From: Minisyncoccia bacterium
Lineage (GTDB): Bacteria > Patescibacteriota > Minisyncoccia > Phycocordibacterales > UBA9973
Assembly (NCBI GenBank): GCA_965656375.1
Contig: CBFHKH010000001.1
Span: 708,291-772,290, forward strand
Reading direction: 5' to 3'
Length of the DNA: 64,000 nt
Made by a program: the position numbers and the translations under genes. This document shows positions 1 through 6,105 of the stretch, piece by piece (the stretch's first letter is position 1; each line of letters begins with the position of its first letter). The notes below the pieces were generated by a model that worked only from the letters and a program-made list of their open reading frames with translations, was not told where the DNA came from and searched no databases.

Positions 1-46
1 TAGTGTTGTACGATATCTTAATACTAAGAATATTGAAAAAATAAAA

Positions 47-376
47 GTGAAGTACATCATTAAACAAAACGGCCAACAAATGCATATCTGGTACTATCGC
101 CTTGATAGATCGAGCGATCCCTCTGGCACCATAATGAATGGACCAGATCGCTGGTATCAATCTAAAGATAAGGCTTTACAAACGGTAGACGGTACTATGC
201 TTACAAGGACCACTCTTGATAACAAGCTAGAATGGATATTCTCGCTGGAAACAAAAAACAAAACCAATAAAAACGGATTTGATGTGGTTTCTCCATTTGC
301 GAGCACATCACCTGCAACGGCAAATCCTGCTGTTAAAGATACAGCGAATAAAAAGAAAATTGATATAGAAGATTAA
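47..376 (+). CDS. hypothetical protein; may be the C-terminal part of a longer gene, since the reading frame is open back to window position 2 with no upstream stop
   Basis: ORF track (GTG start at 47). No in-frame stop between position 2 and 47. Followed by an intrinsic terminator. No recognisable motifs. Confidence 0.35.
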   Translation: MKYIIKQNGQQMHIWYYRLDRSSDPSGTIMNGPDRWYQSKDKALQTVDGTMLTRTTLDNKLEWIFSLETKNKTNKNGFDVVSPFASTSPATANPAVKDTANKKKIDIED

Positions 377-382
377 AAAGCA

Positions 383-425
383 AAAAAAGCGTTAGTTAGA
401 GTGAAATCTAACTAACGCTTTTTTA
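383..425 (+). terminator. rho-independent terminator (hairpin aagcgttagttag/ctaactaacgctt followed by a T-run)
   Basis: Perfect 13-bp inverted repeat followed by TTTTTT, directly after the stop codon at 376. Confidence 0.7.
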
Positions 426-440
426 TTACATATCTGTAAT

Positions 441-516
441 TGGTGCGCGATGAGGGACTTGAACCCCCGACCTTTCCGGTGTAAACGGATTGCTCTACCA
501 ACTGAGCTAATCGCGC
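441..516 (-). tRNA. tRNA-Val (anticodon TAC), CCA encoded
   Basis: Reverse complement reads GCGCGAT|TAGCTCAGTTGGTAGAGCA|ATCCG-TTTACAC-CGGAA|...GGTTCAAGTCC...|ATCGCGC-ACCA. Perfect 7-bp acceptor stem, a GTTCAAGTCC T-arm, and an anticodon loop with U33-TAC-A37. Confidence 0.85.
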
Positions 517-602
517 ATAAGACGAATACTATCATATTTTCAATATATTTCAACTAAGCTTTTAAAAATATGGTTTAAATGGTATCTTGTGTCTAGAGAC
601 AT

Positions 603-674
603 GCCCCCGTAGTTCAATGGATAGAACAGCGGACTTCTAAGCCGTCGATGTAGGTTCGATTCCTACCAGGGGCA
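603..674 (+). tRNA. tRNA-Arg (anticodon TCT, probable)
   Basis: Cloverleaf readable: acceptor GCCCCCG/CAGGGGC (one mismatch), D-arm GTTC-AATGGATA-GAAC, anticodon loop CTTCTAA, T-arm GTAGG-TTCGATT-CCTAC. The anticodon stem has one mismatch, so the isotype call is moderate. Confidence 0.75.
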
Positions 675-676
675 CT

Positions 677-1474
677 ATGAAAGTAAAAATCCTATTTGAA
701 GACAAAAATGTCCTCGTACTCGACAAGCCAGCGGGTATGGCCGTGCATCCTGACGCGCGTACGACAAAGGAAAAAACTATTTCTGACTTCATCCTGGAGA
801 ATTATCCCACTCTTAAAAACGTGGGTGAGCCGATGATGATAGAATATATGGGCAAGAAAATAGAGATCAAGCGCCCGGGTATTGTCCATCGTCTTGATAG
901 GGAAACATCAGGTGTGCTTCTCGTTGCTAAGAATCAAAAGACGTTTGAATTTCTCAAAGCACAATTTCAAAATCATACAATCAAGAAAGTATATAGGGCG
1001 TTTGTCTACGGATACGTTTCTGATCCGAAAGCATCGCTTGCGACTGGTAAGCGTGGAGTGATCAATGTGCCTATCGGTCGGAGTCCAAAGGATATCCGTA
1101 TGTGGACTGCTGGTCGTGGCGCTCGCGAACCGTTGCGAGAAGCAGTTACTAATTATGTAGTCCTCGATCGATTTACTAATACGAAAAATCCCAAGCCTAC
1201 AGTCGAACATCAGTTTTCATATGTAGAAGCATATCCAAAAACGGGGCGTACTCATCAGATTCGTGTTCATATGCGCTATATAAATCACCCAGTTGTTTCT
1301 GATCCTTTGTACCGCGGAGCAAAAGAGCTTGCGCTTGGGATGAAACGTCTAGCGCTGCATGCATATTCTATTACGTTCAAACTCCCAAGTGGAGTGGAAA
1401 CAACGATCGAGGCTCCACTCCCAACTGATTTCAAGAAAACGATTAAAGCTTATAGTATATCTTCGCCGAAATAA
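677..1474 (+). CDS. RluA-family RNA pseudouridine synthase
   Basis: Catalytic motif HRLDRETSGVLLVAK (the RluA/RluD Asp motif). Size 265 aa. The ATG lies 3 nt after tRNA-Arg. Confidence 0.8.
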   Translation: MKVKILFEDKNVLVLDKPAGMAVHPDARTTKEKTISDFILENYPTLKNVGEPMMIEYMGKKIEIKRPGIVHRLDRETSGVLLVAKNQKTFEFLKAQFQNHTIKKVYRAFVYGYVSDPKASLATGKRGVINVPIGRSPKDIRMWTAGRGAREPLREAVTNYVVLDRFTNTKNPKPTVEHQFSYVEAYPKTGRTHQIRVHMRYINHPVVSDPLYRGAKELALGMKRLALHAYSITFKLPSGVETTIEAPLPTDFKKTIKAYSISSPK

Positions 1475-1604
1475 CCTTCTTTAAATGCACGCATAAAAGC
1501 AAGCTTGCCTTTTGCTCTGCTCGTCGTTCAAGAAAATAATAGTCGGAATACCTTCTTTATTTTCTAAACTCCTGCGCAAGGCATTTAAAGAAGGTTATTT
1601 CGGC
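1465..1604 (+). repeat. copy 1 of a three-copy structured intergenic element: conserved core of about 70 nt flanked by a 24-bp perfect inverted repeat that includes the rluA-family (677..1474) stop codon
   Basis: 5' arm gccgaaataaccttctttaaatgc (1465-1488) is exactly complementary to 3' arm gcatttaaagaaggttatttcggc (1581-1604). The core CTCTGCTCGTCGtTCAAGAAAATAATAG..GGAATACCT.CTTTATTTTCTAAACTCCTGCGCAAGG is shared with copies at about 33831-33967 and 58941-59070. Confidence 0.7.
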
Positions 1605-1657
1605 TTCGACTACGCTCTTTCTTGCGTAAAATACCTATATATGATAAAGTAGGCGCT

Positions 1658-2065
1658 ATGACAACAGGGGAAATCACAAAAGCACAATTCACTTCAGTAG
1701 ATATGGCAAGCCGCAAAAAGCTTGATTTTAAGGCTGGTGACAGTGTTCGCGTCTGGAATAAAATCCAGGAAAAAGGAAAAATCCGTCTTCAAGCATTCGA
1801 AGGCCTTGTTCTTGCACGCAAACATGGAGTAGAAAGTGGCGCTACATTTACTATCCGTAAAGTCGCTTCAGGTGTTGGCGTTGAGCGTATTTTTCCACTC
1901 TATTCTCCAAATATCGATAAGATCGAAGTACTTCGTAAGTCAAAGACTCGTCGAAGTAAACTCTACTATATTCGTACAAAGGCAGTAAAAGAAGTGAAAA
2001 AGCGTTTGAAGAGTGTTACTCTTTCAAAAGAAGAACAAAAAGAATCTGAAGCAAGCGAATCATAA
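1658..2065 (+). CDS. rplS: 50S ribosomal protein L19
   Basis: Matches L19 along its length (…[64 protein letters not shown]…). The track ORF begins at a TTG at 1622, but the internal ATG at 1658 (MTTGEITK…) gives a canonical L19 N-terminus. Confidence 0.85.
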   Translation: MTTGEITKAQFTSVDMASRKKLDFKAGDSVRVWNKIQEKGKIRLQAFEGLVLARKHGVESGATFTIRKVASGVGVERIFPLYSPNIDKIEVLRKSKTRRSKLYYIRTKAVKEVKKRLKSVTLSKEEQKESEASES

Positions 2066-2069
2066 TACA

Positions 2070-2096
2070 ACACCCGCTTCATGCGGGTTTTGTATT
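2070..2096 (+). terminator. rho-independent terminator (acccgc-ttcat-gcgggt followed by a T-tract)
   Basis: GC-rich 6-bp stem followed by TTTTGTATT, immediately after the rplS stop. Confidence 0.65.
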
Positions 2097-2164
2097 GAAA
2101 AAACGACGAGAGTAAGGTATACTCGACACGTTCATGATTTTCTACAATAGAATATGGTATATAT

Positions 2165-2248
2165 GCACGGGTGGCGAAACTGGTAGACGCACTACCTTGA
2201 GGTGGTAGCGGGGGCAACCCTGTGGAAGTTCAAATCTTCTCCCGTGCA
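2165..2248 (+). tRNA. tRNA-Leu (anticodon GAG), long variable arm
   Basis: Acceptor GCACGGG/CCCGTGC. Anticodon stem CTACC/GGTAG with loop TTGAGGT (U33-GAG-G37). Long variable arm CGGGGGCAACCCTGT. T-arm GGAAG-TTCAAAT-CTTCT. Confidence 0.8.
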
Positions 2249-2251
2249 CAA

Positions 2252-2286
2252 AAAGAAATCCCGACATTTGTCGGGATTTCTTGTAT
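2252..2286 (+). terminator. hairpin gaaatcccgaca-tttg-tcgggatttc followed by T(s), after tRNA-Leu
   Basis: 11-bp inverted repeat directly after the tRNA and before msrA. Confidence 0.5.
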
Positions 2287-2297
2287 ACTACATCTAT

Positions 2298-2834
2298 ATG
2301 AATAAAGTAATTTTTGCAGGGGGGTGTTTTTGGTGTGTGGAACACGATCTCCGAGAAGCACACGGAGTAGTGGATGTTATTTCTGGATATACTGGGGGTA
2401 ATTCTACTCATCCTACATACGAGAATCACACAGGTCATCGCGAAGCCGTAGAAGTGGAGTATGATCCTGCGAAAACATCATTTAAAAAACTCACACAGTA
2501 TTTCCTTGACCACATAGATCCTACTGATGCCGGTGGTCAATTTGGTGACAGGGGAGGGAGCTACCAGACTGCGATTTATGTTAGTACTCGAGAAGAAAAG
2601 ACTATTGCCCAAGATCTGCTCAAAGAGCTTGATGAATCAGGAGTCTATGATAGACCGCACATGGTAGAGGTTCTTGAAACTACGCCGTTCTACAGAGCGG
2701 AAGAATATCATCAGGAATACGCAACAAAGAACCCAGATCAGTATGCTCTCTATCGAGCACGTTCAGGTCGTGAGGACTTTGTAAATCGCACATGTGCTAT
2801 TCGGGAAGAGAAGCATATCATGTGGAAAGAATAA
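2298..2834 (+). CDS. msrA: peptide methionine sulfoxide reductase MsrA
   Basis: N-terminal GCFWC active-site motif and MsrA-like sequence throughout. The start was moved to the in-frame ATG at 2298 (MNKVIFAGGCFWC…), because the track ORF 2202.. begins at a GTG inside tRNA-Leu. Confidence 0.85.
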   Translation: MNKVIFAGGCFWCVEHDLREAHGVVDVISGYTGGNSTHPTYENHTGHREAVEVEYDPAKTSFKKLTQYFLDHIDPTDAGGQFGDRGGSYQTAIYVSTREEKTIAQDLLKELDESGVYDRPHMVEVLETTPFYRAEEYHQEYATKNPDQYALYRARSGREDFVNRTCAIREEKHIMWKE

Positions 2835-2835
2835 T

Positions 2836-3405
2836 ATGCTTATTATATTTTACTTCTTAGAGTGGTTTGTTGTTCTTATATTTGGTATTACATTTATACT
2901 TGTAGTATTTTGGATGCTTACCTCATTTCGTTCCCAGGTGCCTTTTGTTCCAGTTCCTAATAAACTTCTCAGTGATATTCATACAGCACTCGGTGTGACA
3001 GATAAGAGTATCGTATATGATCTCGGATGTGGGGAAGGGCGTGTACTTTTCTATTTATCTCGTCGTGTACCGAACGCCCGATATATTGGCATTGAGAATA
3101 ATCCATTTCCGTTGCTGCTCATTCGTGCACGAGCGTGGTGGCATACGCGTACAACGGGCACATCCATAGAAATTGTTCAACAAGATTTTTTTACACACGA
3201 TCTATCAAATGCGACGCATATCTTTACCTATCTGTATCCGAATGTTATGGATGATTTGTTGCCAAAATTCGATCGTGAACTTGCGAGAGGTACAAAACTT
3301 GTCTCGCTATCATTTAAATTTACTCAAAAGCAACCGCTGCAAGAAATTGATTTAAAGAAAACTGGATATTTGCGTGGACGCAAGCTCTACGTCTATGAAT
3401 TTTAA
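2836..3405 (+). CDS. class I SAM-dependent methyltransferase with an N-terminal TM helix
   Basis: Motif I VYDLGCGEGRVL. Size about 190 aa. N-terminal hydrophobic segment. The start was taken at the in-frame ATG at 2836, just after the msrA stop. Confidence 0.55.
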   Translation: MLIIFYFLEWFVVLIFGITFILVVFWMLTSFRSQVPFVPVPNKLLSDIHTALGVTDKSIVYDLGCGEGRVLFYLSRRVPNARYIGIENNPFPLLLIRARAWWHTRTTGTSIEIVQQDFFTHDLSNATHIFTYLYPNVMDDLLPKFDRELARGTKLVSLSFKFTQKQPLQEIDLKKTGYLRGRKLYVYEF

Positions 3406-3428
3406 ATCGAGATGATATACTATACTGT

Positions 3429-5369
3429 ATGATAACTGAAGATCTTATCGACTATATACGAACAAAAAGAAAAGAAAATATAACAGATGATGAAATCACT
3501 TCACGACTCCTCCGTGCCGGATGGCATGATGCTGACATTACAGAAGGATTTCAAAGAATTACTCCCCCGGCGATTATTCCAAAAGCTTCTCCCGCCGCCG
3601 CGCTGGTACCTCCCATTGTGCCTCGTACACCAAAAGCTATTGTATTAGAACCACAAATCGAAGAAGATGATATTCCGGAAATCACTGCTACTGAACCGAC
3701 CTCTTATAAAATTCCCAAACCTGAAGTTGTAAAATCTACTGTACAAACAAGTTTTTCTCCGCAAAACTCTAAAGATGTGAAGCCCCTCTTTACTACTGAA
3801 GCGCCAAGGGTAGAACTAACTCCGACACTTATTCCAAAGGTGGCGCACCCTATACCTACTCAAAATAGTATCTCTCCAAAGAAGCCTCTTCCAGAAAGTC
3901 CTCTCATCAAAACTTTCTCAAGTGATATTCAAAAAGCAGAAGCGACCATCACCGAAGAATCAGTACCGAGCGCACGAAGGAAGATTGCTCGCAGTATCAT
4001 TATTGTTCTTGTCATTGGTCTTATTGGCGGTGCAGCATTTGCATTTCTAAAAGGATATATCTCATTTGCATCATTTATTAAAAAAGATCCAAAAGTTCTC
4101 CTCCTTGGTACCCCATCTCATCTTTCATCGCTTTCATCATATAGATCAGACACTACTATTACAGCTTCTTTCCCGTCAGTTGCAAATATCACAAATGGTC
4201 TTATTAGTGGAAATGTAGTTACATCTAAAGATACAGATTCAGTCTCGATTGATATAAAAAGTACTATACACAACAATTCTTCTAGCGCTTCCCATGCGCT
4301 TTCAGATCACGCGTTTCATATTAGAAGTTCACTGATACAAAATGATATTGATGTTGATTTGAAATATAATGGTACTACTTCTTTTATAACGATACCTGAT
4401 CTTAGTAATCTTTTTGGGGAACATGCACCGCTCTCGGGTCTTGTGGCAGTGGGGGATACTGAGTTTGATGAACTTCTGTCTCTCGTGCCAATACAATATA
4501 GAGATATGATACGAAATACTGATTTTTATAAAATGAAATCAAACGGGATTCCACCATATGTGATCAATAGCCTCAAGGTTTCCTTGAAAGAACTCATCGA
4601 TAGTGCAGATGTTTCGGAAAAACCAAAAGAAGTTATACAAGGGATAGATACATACCATTATATATTGAGTGTTGATCGAGCTGATACTAAAAAATTCCTC
4701 ATTTCTTTGGCCGATATTTTCATCACTACGCTTTCGGAGACTCAAAAGAAAAATCTTGAAGAAGCGCTCGGAGCATCGAATTTCGATACGATCGAGGTTT
4801 GGGTAGGTACGGATGATTCTTTGGTTCATCAATACAAATTCTCACTTTCGGTCCCACTCTCAAAGGTGATAAATTTAGAAGACAAAGGGATTGATGGCAA
4901 TACAGTAACATTTACATGGCAGTCGAGTGTATATGATTTCAATCAAGCTACATCAGTGCTTCCTTCGGAAACTGCGACGCCAGTATCTGACTTTGTTAAG
5001 CTTGGACTTGATAAGAATATTAAAACCACGATGGCATCCTTTATTACTGCTTCTAAGACGTTTCGAAATGCTCTCGGATCATATGGTAAAACCAATACGG
5101 GAGGAAGCTGCGTAAATCCAAGTGCGGGATCTCTCTTCTCTCCTGTCGGACATACGAAAGGTGCAGCGACTTCTGTTGGAGCTATCGCACATACTATGAA
5201 TATACTTGTCGCAAATCCAACCGGCGAAGGTTCCTGTCTCTCGACGCCGACTGCGTGGGCGATGGCGTTCCCGCTTGCAAGTGATCCGACCTCTTCGTAT
5301 TGTGTCGATAGTACTGGCTCATCTCGTATTCGTACATCTCCTCTTACGACAACGTTGTGTGATAAATAA
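3429..5369 (+). CDS. large membrane-anchored protein: short cytoplasmic N-terminal domain, Pro-rich linker, single TM helix, about 430-aa extracellular Ser/Thr-rich domain with C-terminal Cys pairs
   Basis: TM segment IARSIIIVLVIGLIGGAAFAFLKGY. The N-terminal motif …DDEITSRLLRAGWHDADITEGF… resembles a recurring small N-terminal domain of Gram-positive membrane proteins. No enzymatic motifs. Confidence 0.5.
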   Translation: MITEDLIDYIRTKRKENITDDEITSRLLRAGWHDADITEGFQRITPPAIIPKASPAAALVPPIVPRTPKAIVLEPQIEEDDIPEITATEPTSYKIPKPEVVKSTVQTSFSPQNSKDVKPLFTTEAPRVELTPTLIPKVAHPIPTQNSISPKKPLPESPLIKTFSSDIQKAEATITEESVPSARRKIARSIIIVLVIGLIGGAAFAFLKGYISFASFIKKDPKVLLLGTPSHLSSLSSYRSDTTITASFPSVANITNGLISGNVVTSKDTDSVSIDIKSTIHNNSSSASHALSDHAFHIRSSLIQNDIDVDLKYNGTTSFITIPDLSNLFGEHAPLSGLVAVGDTEFDELLSLVPIQYRDMIRNTDFYKMKSNGIPPYVINSLKVSLKELIDSADVSEKPKEVIQGIDTYHYILSVDRADTKKFLISLADIFITTLSETQKKNLEEALGASNFDTIEVWVGTDDSLVHQYKFSLSVPLSKVINLEDKGIDGNTVTFTWQSSVYDFNQATSVLPSETATPVSDFVKLGLDKNIKTTMASFITASKTFRNALGSYGKTNTGGSCVNPSAGSLFSPVGHTKGAATSVGAIAHTMNILVANPTGEGSCLSTPTAWAMAFPLASDPTSSYCVDSTGSSRIRTSPLTTTLCDK

Positions 5370-5371
5370 AT

Positions 5372-5791
5372 ATGCACTTCATCCTTATTAATTCTATCTG
5401 TATACTTGGCCTTGTTGGATTTTTGATTGCTACATATATTTATGGCAAGAAAAAATCCAAGAAAAAGCTTGTCTGCCCTCGGTATTCAAACTGTGACACG
5501 GTAATCCATTCTGATTATTCAAAACTTTTTGGTATTCGAGTTGAAGTACTCGGCATGATCTATTATCTTTTTATCGGAAGTGTGTACAGTATTGTATTTG
5601 TAGCCAATGCATGGTCCGCTACCCTTGGTCTTATATTGGTAAGTAGTAGTATGTGTGCAGTACTTTTTTCTATCTATCTGGTGTCGATACAAGCATTTGT
5701 GCTCAAGCATTGGTGTGTTTGGTGTCTCTCTTCTGCTTTTATATCGATTCTCATTTTCATCCTCTCATACATTCATCTTGGTCTCTATTAG
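5372..5791 (+). CDS. vitamin K epoxide reductase (VKOR) family disulfide oxidoreductase
   Basis: Loop cysteines in CPRYSNC, the conserved S..LFGI..E.LG segment (SKLFGIRVEVLGM), and a TM CxxC (CVWC). Four to five predicted TM helices. Confidence 0.7.
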   Translation: MHFILINSICILGLVGFLIATYIYGKKKSKKKLVCPRYSNCDTVIHSDYSKLFGIRVEVLGMIYYLFIGSVYSIVFVANAWSATLGLILVSSSMCAVLFSIYLVSIQAFVLKHWCVWCLSSAFISILIFILSYIHLGLY

Positions 5792-5864
5792 AGGCTTTGA
5801 TTTATAAGCGATTTTCTGGTATAACAGGATAATCGACTGAGTACTTTACCCAGTCCAAAGATAT

Positions 5865-5937
5865 GGGGGCTATGGTGTAACGGTTAACACTGAGGTTTGT
5901 GGAACCTTCGATCTGGGTTCGATTCCCAGTAGCCCCC
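5865..5937 (+). tRNA. tRNA-His (anticodon GTG) with an extra 5' G(-1)
   Basis: Acceptor G(-1)+GGGGCTA/TAGCCCC+C discriminator, anticodon stem GAGGT/ACCTT with loop TTGTGGA, T-arm CTGGG-TTCGATT-CCCAG. Confidence 0.8.
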
Positions 5938-5980
5938 CATTTAAAAAACGCCTGTACAGGCGTTTTTTAAATGGGGGGCT
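5931..5980. terminator. 50-nt perfect palindrome (bidirectional terminator-like) that includes the tRNA-His 3' end
   Basis: agccccccatttaaaaaacgcctgta|caggcgttttttaaatggggggct. The two 24-nt arms are exact reverse complements. The inner part aaaaaacgcctg…caggcgtttttt is a classical bidirectional terminator. Confidence 0.6.
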
Positions 5981-6105
5981 AAAGAAGTGAACTGCTTCAC
6001 TTCTGTCTGGGAATCGAAAGACTTTTCTGTCATTTGGTTACAAATGCAGAAAAGTACCCGCGACCGTAGGTCGAGATTCCCACCTTCCTATGCTAAAATA
6101 CCACC

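Noticed and set aside
692-1210. Minus-strand ORFs 692..889 and 908..1210, and many similar antisense ORFs listed in the track (e.g. 4539..4832, 17604..18065, 24103..24486, 28695..28997, 31358..31834, 39069..39410, 40000..40518)
   Set aside because: They lie entirely inside well-supported genes on the opposite strand or frame (rluA family, nrdA, pilB, pgk and others), have no motifs, and reflect the long open frames expected in low-complexity or AT-rich sequence.
1465-1604. Integron attC-site interpretation of the gene-end palindromic element
   Set aside because: The imperfect palindromes following ORFs with the stop inside the stem are reminiscent of attC. But the arms lack the RYYYAAC/GTTRRRY core sites. 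One copy is not at a gene end, and no intI is visible, so attC is unlikely.
1475-1620. Small peptide coding potential inside the repeat core (open frames such as LCSSLKKIIAGIPALFSKLLRK)
   Set aside because: No ATG with context and no ORF of 60 aa or more in any copy. The copy-specific compensatory stems argue for a nucleic-acid-level function. Kept only as a remote possibility.
2142-2438. ORFs 2142..2438(-) and 2202..2297(+) overlapping tRNA-Leu
   Set aside because: The region encodes a well-formed tRNA-Leu(GAG). The plus-strand ORF is just the 5' extension of msrA from a GTG inside the tRNA. The real msrA start is the ATG at 2298.
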